Shown here: positions 50,901-61,518 of the stretch, piece by piece
Layout of the letters: every line of letters starts with the position of its first letter
Position numbering within the stretch: the stretch's first letter is position 1
Source: Dendrobates tinctorius
Lineage: Eukaryota
NCBI RefSeq assembly: GCF_039654945.1
Contig: NW_027361834.1
Location: 1,426,001-1,490,000, forward strand
DNA length: 64,000 nt
Direction of reading: 5' to 3'
Notes under the pieces: generated by a model
What the model was told of the DNA's origin: nothing
Databases searched by the model: none
The model's input: the letters and a program-made list of their open reading frames with translations, nothing else
Position numbers and translations under genes: made by a program

Positions 50901-53900
50901 TGGGATGCATTAAAAGAGGCATAGATGCTCAGGAGGAGAACATAATTTTACCTCTATATAAGTCACTAGTGCGACCACACTTAGAATACTGTGTACAGTT
51001 CTGGTCTCCGGTGTATAAGAAAGACATAGCTGAGCTGGAGCGGGTGCAGAGAAGAGCAACCAAGGTTATTAGGGAACTAGGGGGTCTGCAATACCAAGAC
51101 AGGTTATTACACTTGGGGTTATTTAGTGTGGAAAATCGAAGGCTTAGGGATGATCTTATTACAATGTATAAATATATGCGGGGACAATACAAAGACCTTT
51201 CTAATGATCTTTTTACTCTTAGACCTGTGACGGGGACAAGGGGGAATCCTCTACGTCTGGAGGAAAGAAGGTTTAAGCATAATCATAGACGTGGATTCTT
51301 TACTGTAAGAGCAGTGAGACTATGGAACTCTCTGCCATATGATGTTGTAATGAGTGATTTCCTAATAAAATTTAAGAAGGGACTGGATGCCTTTCTTGAA
51401 AAGTATAATATTACAGGGTATATACACTAGTTTCCTTAATATTGCGTTGATCCAGGGAGCTAGTCTGATTGCCGTATGTGGAGTCGGGAAGGAATTTTTT
51501 TCCCCCGATGTGAAGCTTACTGTTTGCCACATGGGTTTTTTTTTTGCCTTCCTCTGGATCAACATGTTAGGGCAAGTTAGGATAGGATATGGGTTGAACT
51601 AGATGGACTTAAAGTCTTCCTTCAACCTTAATAACTATGTAAGTCCGGTTTCACATTTGCGTTTCAGGGCGCAGCGACGGCCTGCGCACGGCCGCCGCGA
51701 AGCCCCGCCCCCTGCCGCGCCTCCGCCGGTAGCTCCGCCCATCGGCGCATGACGCTGCATGCGTCCCCTATCTTTATCACTGGGGACGCAGGCTGTGCGC
51801 AGTATGCGTTTGGCGGCGCATGCGTCCTTTTGACGGTGCGCCGAGCGCAACCAAATTGCAACAGGTTGCATTTGGCGCTGGTTGGCGCACCGTCAAAAGG
51901 ACGCATGATCCGCCAAACGCATACTGCACACGGCCTGCGTCCCCAGTGATAGGGGATGCAGGATGCATGCAGCGTCATGCGCCGATAGGCGGAGCTACCG
52001 GCGGAGGCATGTCAGGTGGCGGGGCTTAGCGGCAGCCGTGCGCAGGCCGTCGCTGCGCCCTGAAACGCAGGTGTGAAACCGGCTTTACTATGTTACTTTT
52101 TTTGCATGCTTTTGCTTAAAAATAAAATCAAAATATTGCATACAAAAAACAAGAGACACAGAAGGTAAAAGGTTTAATAGTGTGCTACTTCAAAAACAAA
52201 TATCATTTTAGAGTCAAAACAAAATCACTGATGCGTATACTGCAAGGTTTATGGCAATAAATGTATCTGCTTTTTCATGCGAGTACAGATTCTAATGAAA
52301 TGGCGCTTCCACGTTACAGTGCGCAGTACGTGCTGCTGGGATGCTAATGGTGGCTGCTGCCACGTAAATGGTTTTTGTAAGTGATCTATCACTGTAAGGA
52401 CGCTTGAAGGACATTTAGCTAGCGGTTATCTGAAACTGGAGAATGTTTTTATTACTTTGATGTTTATATCTGCTGGCGATTATTTCCTTACAGGAGCTGA
52501 AAGTGATATTGACATAGTGCCACCAAATACACGTGACGGCGACCTACACGATGATGTGAATGACACCGGCGAAGATTTACAGGCAGCGATCTTACAGCAA
52601 GACGAAGGAGGAGGGAGTGTGGAGGACAGAGGGGGCAACTCTAGAGATCTGCCCCAAACGTTTTTCAGCACAATGACTCATAGGTATGAATGATTCTATT
52701 AGGCCACTTTTAGAGGAATAATGTTTCATATGCCGTACATCATATTGTTGGAGGCTTTCCCTATGTATACATCTGACAGAGAACTCCATTATATACCCCG
52801 TTATACTGTATATAATGTACAGTGCTGTGAAAATTAATTGGGACAAAGCATTTTTTGAAGTAAAATCGTAAGTTGGTTACCAGTCAGTGATTCCAACCAG
52901 TTTTAACTGCTTTGTACGGGCACTCACACCTGCTCAAAGCAGTTATAACTGGTTTGAATCACTGACTGGTAACCAACTTACGATTTTAATTAAAAAAATG
53001 CTTTGTCCCAATTAATTTGCACAGCACTGTATAATATATATCTTTCCATATCTGTACAGTGCTGGGGAATTGATGACGCCTTATAAGTGAGTACAATAAA
53101 TAAATGTGACTTGAGCTTTTCCAGCTCCTGCACCGATCACATGCACAGCGAGCTGTGAGAAGAGCCTACAGATGGCCTACATGTTTGTAGGAATTTACAC
53201 TAATTTCTATAGTCATTTACAATCCTCTCAAATCCCCATTAGTGAGTGAAAATTGTCCATGTTGCCCATTGCAGCCAATAAAGACACATTTTTTTTAATC
53301 CCAAAACTTTTCTTTGAAATCCAAAAACTGAACTCGAGCTAGATACAAGGTGTAACATTTAATCACAATGGAGCAGGTTATAAGGCAAACGTCCGATTCC
53401 TAAGACCGGTGTGATATGGACCATTAGGTGTCTGGATTCAGAAAACCAGAGAATTAAATATTTATTCTAATTGTCATGAAATATGAATATGCATCCAAAT
53501 ATTAATCATCTGATCTATGCGTATAATGGTGGATCATTTGTCTTCTCAGATTTAGCGATCTTGTGTATGAAGAAGAAGAAGGCATACCCTCCGAATATTT
53601 CTTGGATTCCTGCTATGCAATAGTGCCAGTTTTGGGTATGTTCTCTGTGTAGTTTATTGGTTGCTGTGTTGCCTGTACAGATCAGGGCTTACTTTGCGAA
53701 AAAGGAGACAAAATATGAAGGCAACATTCATTCATTCATTGATTGATACAAATGGATAAAAGTGTGAAAGTGTGATACTGCCCCTTTCCCTGTCTTGGTG
53801 ACATGTCAGAAGACATTTAAAAAGAATCTCCTCAGATTTTTACTACCTAATCTGAGAGCAGCATAATGTAGAGACAGAGACCCTGATTCCTGTGATGTCA

Positions 53901-55494
53901 CTTACTGGGCTGCTTGCTGTAGTTTTAATAAAATCACTGTTTATCAGCAGCGTATTATCACTAGAAGACTAGTAAACCTGCTGCCAGGTAGTCGTCTGAG
54001 CTCTGTATAACCCTGTCCCCATCACGAATTGCAGTTTTTTGCCTATACGCAGTGCACACCGAAAGCTGCCAATCAGTAGTGTGGGCGGATTATACATGGC
54101 TCAGCATTCAAAGAACTGCTATATCTGCAGCGGATAATAGTGATTGTATCACAATGAGAGCAAGTAGCCCAACAAGTGGCTCAACGCCGGAATCAGGATC
54201 TCTGCCCCTGTATCATGCAGCTCTCAGATGGGGAAGTAAAATCCTGGTGTTAGATTCCCTTTTAAAAGTGCTCGTTCCTTTTAATATCATCTAAGGTACA
54301 AGAGCAGTTTATAAGACCACCGCCAAGAAGAGGTGTCCCTGCTCAGTTGCACTGTTGCGTGTAGCGCACAATTTTATTCTCCGTATTCTCTCTACCTTCA
54401 TTTAGGCCAAACACTGTTAGAATTAATCTGCTACCTCTCTGTGGTAGGAAGGATAAGACTTTATTCACATCCGATGCACCTAATCCTGCTCTACTATAGG
54501 CTGTGGACACAGGCAGGGTGTCCGGAGAACATGCACCGCACTCCATTGTGGTGTAAACAGAACCTTACACTTTTGTGTATGGGTAGATACTTATCATTTG
54601 GTTAAAATAAAGATGGTTTTAAAAGGCTATCCAGACAAATAAAATTACTGGCTTAACCCTTTGATAGCTAGATCGCACACATTTTAAAAGGCTGGATAAC
54701 CCCTTTAAGGTTTTGGTTATTGAACTGCTGGTGGGGATTTCGACAAAATTGTTAATCTCATTCTTTCTATCTCCATAGACAAGCTTGGACCGACTGTATT
54801 TGCACCGGTAAAAATGGATTTTGTAGGGAACATAAAGGTGAGCTATAACAGAATCTTCAGAAATCATCACTATCCTTAGTTACGGTTGTAGCATTACCAA
54901 CATTTGTCAGCAATTAATCTTTTCCCAGATGTTGTAATAAGAAGTAATTTTAGTACAGTGGTGAATATTGTGGATGGTCAGAGGTGTGGGCCCGGATGGC
55001 ACGTGGCTGCAGTAACCGGCACAACCCTGTGTACTCGGGAGCCACTGTGAAATGATGAGCATGCAGCAGTCTCAGGATTGCCCTGCTCTCTTCATTGTGC
55101 CGGTCCTTGGGCTCCCATGGATTTTGCATTAATAAATCTGTCTTAAAGTTATAGACCACGGCCGCAGCTGGTAAACCACAGTTAACTTTTTTTTTTACCT
55201 CTTCTCAAAATTGGCAGATGCCAAGAAAATCATAATTTTTACTCTAGTAGTGTAAACTAAAAAATAAATGTGGTCCTTTCTGTTTCTCCCTAATGGATGG
55301 GAGGGTGTTCCCCTGCATTATTGTTGCTGAGGTCTGCTCACTTTTTTTATTTTAATTTTTCAGAAAATAAATCAAAAATTCATAACCAATAAGGAAGAAT
55401 TGACAACCCTCCAGAAGATTGTTCTCCATGAAATTAACAATAATCTGGCTCAAGTTCGCAATTCTGCAACTGAAGCCCTTCTGTGGCTGAAAAG
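34869..55494 (+). CDS. PLEKHA8: PH domain-containing family A member 8 (FAPP2; PH + GLTP domains), exons 1-11, 3'-partial
   Basis: 11 phase-consistent GT-AG exons (1253 nt); [27 protein letters not shown] domain; GLTP domain [21 protein letters not shown]...[11 protein letters not shown] distinguishes it from PLEKHA3. Confidence 0.97.
35827..36304. mobile_element. Harbinger-type MITE containing a T43 run (35930-35972)
   Basis: TIR GGC(C/T)GGAGTCACAC; TAA TSD. Confidence 0.8.
36783..37330. repeat. 40-bp minisatellite (dimer of 20-mers), about 14 copies
   Basis: GAGGTCACTCTGGCCACACTGCAGTCACCCTGGCCGTATT. Confidence 0.95.
39063..39179 (+). CDS. PLEKHA8: PLEKHA8 exon 2
   Basis: [38 protein letters not shown]. 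Confidence 0.97.
40403..40558 (+). CDS. PLEKHA8: PLEKHA8 exon 3
   Basis: [41 protein letters not shown]. Confidence 0.97.
40596..40950. mobile_element. Partial pogo-type element
   Basis: TA+CCGTATTTTTCGGACTATAAGACGC; only one end seen. Confidence 0.55.
42693..42912 (-). mobile_element. tRNA-derived SINE (V-SINE-like core, L2-like tail)
   Basis: Minus strand has B box GGTTCAAATCC, core GGAGTTTGTATGTTCTCCCCGTG and tail TGTAAAGCGCTGCGGAAT. Confidence 0.75.
44189..44448 (-). mobile_element. Unclassified 260-bp insertion with 18-bp TSD (possibly Penelope-like)
   Basis: CTATGTTAAAACTTAAAA at 44171-44188 and 44449-44466; family and strand are guesses. Confidence 0.65.
44795..45872. mobile_element. 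Pogo/Tc1-mariner-type non-autonomous element
   Basis: TA TSD; TIR C(C/T)GTATATA(C/T)TCGA.TATAAGCCGA; internal hairpin 44910-45120 and minisatellite 45400-45670. Confidence 0.85.
45970..46094 (+). CDS. PLEKHA8: PLEKHA8 exon 4
   Basis: [31 protein letters not shown]. Confidence 0.95.
46446..47107 (+). mobile_element. Non-autonomous Helitron
   Basis: A|TC 5' end; subterminal hairpin GCCCGGGCAACGCCGGGC; CTAG|T 3' end; no TSD. Confidence 0.85.
47299..47457 (+). CDS. PLEKHA8: PLEKHA8 exon 5
   Basis: [28 protein letters not shown]...TPPGSP. Confidence 0.96.
47793..48189. mobile_element. T2/Kolobok-type MITE
   Basis: TIR AGGGAATCTGTCAGCAGG; TTAA on the left; a related inverted copy at about 53821-54260. 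Confidence 0.8.
48277..48509. repeat. Old degenerate palindrome (probable MITE)
   Basis: GGAGATGTGGGTAACCTGTGCTGCTG pairs with CAGCAGCACAGGTTACTCACGTCTCC. Confidence 0.7.
48748..48788 (+). CDS. PLEKHA8: PLEKHA8 exon 6
   Basis: 41 nt, phase 0 to 2, AG|GTAAGT donor; bridges the phases of exons 5 and 7. Confidence 0.8.
49074..49404 (-). mobile_element. Non-autonomous Helitron, same termini family as 46446
   Basis: Minus strand A|TCTAT...GCCGGGCAACGCCGGGCTTTTCAGCTAC|T. Confidence 0.8.
49474..49622 (+). CDS. PLEKHA8: PLEKHA8 exon 7 (linker)
   Basis: [12 protein letters not shown]...; phase 2 to 1; the donor could instead be at 49556 (same phase). Confidence 0.75.
50115..50498. mobile_element. 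T2/Kolobok-type MITE
   Basis: TTAA+AGGAGGTTTCCATTTTTAGAAAAC pairs with GTTTTCTAAAACTGGAAAACCACCT. Confidence 0.75.
50769..52097 (+). mobile_element. 5'-truncated CR1 LINE (ORF2 C-terminus ends at 51430), tail split by a MITE
   Basis: [39 protein letters not shown]; (ACTATGTT)n tail. Confidence 0.92.
51643..52084. mobile_element. Palindromic Harbinger-type MITE in the CR1 tail
   Basis: TIR CCGGTTTCACA..TGCGTTTCAGGGCGCAGCGACGGCC; TAA and TTA flanks. Confidence 0.85.
52494..52683 (+). CDS. PLEKHA8: PLEKHA8 exon 8
   Basis: Acidic linker ending [10 protein letters not shown], the FFAT-like segment preceding the GLTP domain. Confidence 0.9.
52820..53029. mobile_element. Tc1-type MITE (about 95-bp arms)
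   Basis: TA|CAGTGCTGTG...CACAGCACTG|TA. Confidence 0.88.
53550..53635 (+). CDS. PLEKHA8: PLEKHA8 exon 9
   Basis: [28 protein letters not shown]. Confidence 0.96.
54779..54837 (+). CDS. PLEKHA8: PLEKHA8 exon 10
   Basis: [20 protein letters not shown]. Confidence 0.96.
55364..55494 (+). CDS. PLEKHA8: PLEKHA8 exon 11
   Basis: [23 protein letters not shown]...[10 protein letters not shown]. Confidence 0.96.
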
Positions 55495-55629
55495 GTAACA
55501 AGTGTGTGGAGCTGATACTGGTGATGGCAGAATGGGATAGTCTAGATTTTATACCTTCTGTGTATGAGATCCCAGAAGCTGCGACTAAGATGGTAACACA
55601 TGCATATAAGTATAGTGGACTCGATGCTG

Positions 55630-56455
55630 TTACAGCATGCAGTCTACCTGCACATTAATATTATACTGTGCAATCTACCTGCACGTTAACACTGCAGCGT
55701 GCGGTCTACCTGCACATTAACATTATAGTGTGCAACCTACAAGCACATTAACATTATAGTGTGCAATCTACCTGCACATTAACACTGCAGCATGGGGTCT
55801 ACCTGCACATTAATATTATACTGTGCAATCTACCTGCACATTAACACTGCAGCATGGGGTCTACCTGCACATTAATATTATACTGTGCAATCTACCTGCA
55901 CATTAACACTGCAGCATGCGGTCTACCTGCACATTAACATTATAGTGTGCAATCTACCTGCACATTAACACTGCAGCATGGGGTCTACCTGCACATTAAT
56001 ATTATACTGTGCAATCTACCTGCACATTGACATACTGTGCAATCTACCTGCACATTAACATTATACTGTGCAATCTACCTGCACATTAACATTATAGTGT
56101 GCAATCTACCTGCACATTAACACTGCAGCATGCGGTCTACCTGCACATTAACATAGCGTGCGGTCTACCTGCACGTTAACATTATAGCGTGCGGCCTACT
56201 TGCACATTAGCATTATAGTGTGCTGTCTACCTTCACATTAATATTATAGCATGCTGTCTACCTTCACATTAACATTATAGCGTGCGGCAAACCTGCTCAT
56301 TAACATTATAATGTGCGGTCTACACTCACATTAACATTATAGCGTGCAACCTACCTGCACATTAACGTTATATTGTGCAGTCTACCTGCACATTAACATT
56401 ATAGCCTGTGGCTTTGGCACATTAACATTATAGCGTGCTTTCTACCTGCACATTA
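55630..56455. repeat. 31-bp satellite, left (diverged) block
   Basis: TCTACCTGCACATTAACATTATAG... units with alternating variants. Confidence 0.95.
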
Positions 56456-56529
56456 GAATCATAGAATGGTAGAGTTGGAAGGGACCTCCTGGGCCATCTG
56501 GTCCAACCCCCTGCTCAAAGCAGGATTCG

Positions 56530-59500
56530 CTAAATCATCCCAGTCAGATGTCTGTCCAGCCTCTGTTTGAAGACATCCATTGAAGGAGAACTCACCACTT
56601 CTCGTGGCAGCTTGTTCCACTCATTGATCACTCTAACTGTCAAAAAGTTTTTTCTAATATCTAATCTGTGTCTCCTCCCATTCAGTTTCATCCCATTGCT
56701 TCTAGTCTTTCCTTGTGCAAATGAGAAAAAAGTTGATCCTTCTACAATGTGACAGCCCTTTAGATATTTGTAGACAGCTATTAAGTCTCCTCTCAGTCTT
56801 CTCTTTTGCAAACTAAACAATCCCAAATCCTGCAACCTTTCCTCATAAGACAGGGTTTGCAGACCGGTCACCATTCTGGTTGCTCTTTTCTGAACTTGCT
56901 CCAGTTTGTTGATGTCTTTTTTAAAATGTGGTGCCCAAAACTGGACACAATATTCCAGATGAGGTCTGACCAAAGAGGAGTAGAGAGAAATAATGACTTC
57001 ACGTGATCTAGACTGTATGCTTCTGTGAATACATCCTAGAATTGCCTTTGCTTTTTTTGCTGCTGCATCACACTGTTGACTCATATTCAGTCTGTGATCT
57101 ATTAGTATACCCAAGTCTTTTTCACATGTGCTGTTGCTTAGGCCTATTCCTCCCATTCTGTATATGCTTTTTTCATTTTTATTTCCCAGATGTAGTACTT
57201 TGCATTTTTCCCTGTTAAAAAGCATTCTGTTAGTTGCTGCCCACTTCTCCAGTTTATTTATATCTTTTTGAATCCTCTCTCTCCTCTAGTATTAGCTATC
57301 CCTCCTAGCTTCGTGTCATCAGCAAATTTAATGAGTTTACCCTCAATTCCTTCATCTAAATCGTTGATAAAGATGTTGAACAATACAGGGCCCAGGACAG
57401 AGCCCTGTGGTACCCCACTTGAGACATTCTTCCAACTGGATGTGCAGCCATTTACGACCACTCTTTGGGTCCGATCACTAAGCCAGTTATGAATCCACCT
57501 AACAGTTGCCTTGTCCATTCCATACTTAGTCATTTTTTCAATAAGGATTGTATGAGATACTTTGTCAAATGCTTTTCTGAAGTCAAGATATACTATATCT
57601 ACAGCATTTCCTTGATCCACCCAATCAGTGATTCCGTCATAGAAGGAAATTAAGTTAGTCTGACATGACTTACTAGTTACAAACCCATGCTGGCTCTGTT
57701 TAATCACTTCATTCTTATCCAGGTACTGACATACATGTTGTTTAATAATTTGTTCAAAGATCTTTCCTGGTATAGCAGTCAGACTCACCGGCCTATAGTT
57801 GCCTGGGTCCACCTTCTTCCCCTTTTTGAAGATAGGAACAACATTTGCTCTTCTCCAGTCTTCTGGGACTTCTCCTGTTCTCCAAGAATTTTCAAAGATT
57901 ATGGAGAGGGGTTCAAAAATTTCTTCTGCTATCTCCTTCAGTACTCTGGGGTGTAATTCATCTGGACCTGGAGACTTGAATTCATTTAGGTTAGCTAAGT
58001 GTTTCCTCACTATCTTTCTGTTTATAGATATCCTGGATTCTTCTATTCCCTTAATAGGACAGTGAAGAACAGTTGATGTCACATTTCCTTTCTGAGAGAA
58101 AACAGATGCAAAATGGGAATTTAAAAGTTCGGCCTTCTCAACATCCTGTCTTACCATTTCATCATTTTCATCCTGTAAAAATCCTATAGCATCCTTGACT
58201 TTTCTTTTACTTTTGACATATCCCCAAAATCCTTTATTATTGCTTTTGACATCTCTTGCAAGCCTCAATTCATTGTCAGCTTTAGCTAATCTGATTTGTG
58301 CCCTGCAGGTTCTGCAGACAGCATTGCGACGGGGTCCATTGGTCCCCGTCGCAACCACCAGCAAGTGAAACTGACGTGGTCATGTGTTGACTCACATCAC
58401 GAAGGTCCTGTATACCTGGAGCAGCTCACAGACGCCGGGAGCACGAGAGGCCGCTCACGTCTGCTCCACAGCTGGAGGTACACTGACAGGAGGCTGCCAC
58501 CGGCCTGGGCAGGCCCTGTAACTCGTCTATACCCCAGTGTACAAACCCCCCCCCTCCTTTTCCAAGCGTTGGAGCAAAAAGCGCTATTTTAACTTGCACC
58601 GCTTACTGGAGTAAGGACTTTGCATCGCATTATCTTTACAGGTACCGCTCTCTGACTTGTGCATTTACTATTGCGGCTACTCTGCACAGCCGTTCACAGG
58701 CTGCAATTTGACTTTGACTTTTTTTTTTAAGCTACTATCAGGGAGAATTACCCTGCAGTCTATAACCTGTTCAGTGATTTCAGGCTTTTACCCTCACTCA
58801 TGCCTTTTTAGTTTGTGATTGTTCAGGTTGGAACTAAGATTGCCACCAGCATCTATATATATTCTTTTTCCCTTAAGCACTTCTGAGGTCTTACAATTGA
58901 CTATTACTAATTGCTATTTTCTCGCTATTATCCAGCTACATAAAGAGCACTTAAGAGGTTTTTTTTTTTTCTTCTATAACCACCCAATTTAGATTTCCCT
59001 CTTCTTTGAGTGTTCCAAGCGCACACTAATATTAGTTATTTTACCTTATTTCTTTGACACCCTTGTGACAGGTGTCTTAGTGTTTGCTGCTGGAATTACA
59101 CTCGTACACAAGCGCCACTGAAACTCCATTAGCATTATATTCTTCTTTAGATATGCCTCCCTCTTTCCATTTTATAAACATTTTTTTCTTCCATTTTAGC
59201 ATGTGCTTAAGTTCTGTGTTCATCCATCCTGGTTTCCTTAAATGCTTCCTATTCTTCCCACTTTTCGGAATTGTTAACAATTGTGCTTTGAGAATTTCAT
59301 TTTTCAAGATTTCCCATCCTTCCTGGACATTTTTGTCTTTAAGGATATCCAGCCATTGGATCCCTCCAATTCTCTTTCTGAATCCCTTAAAATCTGCCTT
59401 TCTGAAATCTAACCTTGACGTCTGAGTCTTCACAGGTCTTCCTCCTCTAGTTATCCAAAATTCTAAAATAGCATGGTCGCTACCTCCTAGGGTCCCAGCC

Positions 59501-60110
59501 ACTTTTACCTCCTCAACCATTTCCTCCCTGTTTATAATGATTAGATCCAAGGTAGAAGTTCCCCTTGTTTTGTCCCCTACCTTTTGGAAGATAAAGTTGT
59601 CAGCAAGAGAGGATAAGAATTTCCTTGACCTGTTAGTTTTGCCTGAGAGAGATTCCCAACAAATGTCTGGATAGTTGAAATCTCCCATGACAACTATGTC
59701 ATATTTTTTGGAGAACTTGGCCATTTGATGCATAAAGAGTTCATCCATATCTTCAGCTTGCACAGGCGGACTGTAGTAAATGCCTACAATGGTGTCCTTT
59801 CCATTGTTCTGTCCTTGTATTCTTACCCAAACAGTTTCCACAGAACTCCCAGTCTCTGAAGCTTCAATCTCTGTGCAGATATACGCGTTTCTAACATACA
59901 ATGTGACACCCCCTCCTCGTTTATCAAGTCTGTTTCTTGCAAATAAGTTGTATCCTTCTAGCCTTGTATTCCAATCATATGTATCGTCCCACCAAGTTTC
60001 AGTGATTCCAATGACATCATATTTCTTTTCCTGTGTTAGTAGTTCCAATTCTCCTTGTTTGTTGCCCATGCTTTGTGCATTAGTATAGAAACATTTTAGT
60101 TTGTGATTGG
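56530..60110 (-). pseudogene. CR1 ORF2 (endonuclease + reverse transcriptase), split by an 805-bp insert and frameshifted near 57280
   Basis: GITETWW, MGDFNYPDI, GSDH; [23 protein letters not shown]. Confidence 0.93.
58326..59130. mobile_element. Unclassified 805-bp insertion with 6-bp TSD
   Basis: AGCATT at 58320-58325 and 59131-59136; removal restores [12 protein letters not shown]. Confidence 0.85.
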
Positions 60111-60248
60111 TTTCTCTTTCTCCAATATTTTTATTAATTAGATTCTTTTGTCTTTGTTCTTCCTTTCCACTTTCAATAGCAGAGTTCTCAATAGCATTTG
60201 TCAGGTGTATGGCTTTTTCTGGTCTTTTGCTTCCCTTCCCATGTTGTT

Positions 60249-61209
60249 CTAGTTTAAAGCTCTCCTTACAAGTGTAGCAAGACGACTTCCAAATACATGC
60301 TTACCAGTCTTCGTAAGGTGCACCCCATCTCTAGCAAGTAGTCCATCGTAAAGGTAACTCACTCCGTGATCCAGAAATCCAAATCGTTGCTGACGGCACC
60401 ATCGACGTAGCCAGTTGTTCACCTGCAGAATCTTATTCCACCTCCTTGTTCCTTGGCCATCCACTGGGAGGATGGAAGAGAAGACCACCTGCGCTCCCAG
60501 TTCTTTCACTTTCTTGCCTAAGTCTTCAAAGTCTCTGCAGATGGTTTCCAGGTCGTTTCTTGCTGTGTCATTTGTCCCCACATGTAGTAGCAGGAATGGG
60601 TAGTCATCTGTAGGTCTGAAGAGTCCTGATATCCTGTCAGACACATCTTTAATTTTTGCACCTGGAAGACAGCACATTTCTCTTGAAGTTATATCTGGTC
60701 TGCAGATAGCAGCCTCTGTTCCTCTCAACAGGGAATCCCCCATGACCACCACTCTCCGTTTCTTCTTCACAACATTTTTCTTTCTCCATCCAGGAGGACT
60801 CTGAAGGCGTACAAGGTTGCTGTTTGTTGGCAAAGTCTTATCCTGATGTATTTCTTCATTGGTTTCCTGCGTGAGAGCCTGGTACTGGTTCCTGAGGAGT
60901 ATGGGAGCTGACTGCCTCCTGATCCTCCTGCTTCTCTGTGTCACACGTTTCCATTTCTCTGCTTCTTCAGGTGCACTTCGAATTTCTTCTTTCTGTAACA
61001 TGAAGAGATAATTCTGCTCTGTCCAAGAACTCTTCACCTTCCTTAATGATCTTCAACGTAGCTAACCTCTCTTCAAGACTTTGCAACTTTTCCTCCAACA
61101 GGGACACAAGCTTGCATTTGTGGCATGTGAAGTTTGGCTTTTCCACTGGTAAGTCTGTGAACATGTAGCAAGAAATGCAGCTCACCAAATGGCTCCTGGC
61201 CTCTTCCAT
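60249..61209 (-). pseudogene. CR1 ORF1 (zinc finger/leucine zipper + SGNH esterase), one frameshift near 60990
   Basis: CxxC-x14-CxxC, heptad leucines, GDS, GTND and DGVH motifs. Confidence 0.9.
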
Positions 61210-61261
61210 ATTGAGATTTCTTAAAAACGATGAAAGATGAGCCAAAATATCGGCGCGCGGC

Positions 61262-61511
61262 TTTCCGATTTCCTCTTTTCAGCTGCAACAGCCAAAACCC
61301 AGTGATCGTTGAGCTTGCGGAGACTCTTCACTTATCCCAGAAGGCACTGGGAATATGCAAATGATCTCCTCAAGACTCTTCCCCTGGTTTTCCGATTTCC
61401 TCTTTTCAACTGCAACAGCCAAAACCCAGTGATCGTTGAGCTCGCGGAGACTCTTCACTTATCCCAGAAGGCACTGGGAATATGCAAATGATCTCCTCAA
61501 GACTCTTCCCC
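61262..61511 (-). repeat. 127-bp tandem monomers (2 copies) in the CR1 5' UTR
   Basis: Copies start at 61262 and 61389; each contains ATGCAAAT. Confidence 0.9.
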
Positions 61512-61518
61512 TTGAGGA

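Larger units (their letters stand above)
56456..61518 (-). mobile_element. Near full-length CR1 LINE, inactivated
   Basis: 5' UTR tandem repeat, ORF1, ORF2 (APE + RT) and (ATTCTATG)n tail; no TSD. Confidence 0.95.

Noticed and set aside
26631-55494. Paralogous pair FKBP7/PLEKHA3
   Set aside because: The GLTP domain exons and the ALIPEPEV...HDEL sequence fit PLEKHA8 and FKBP14
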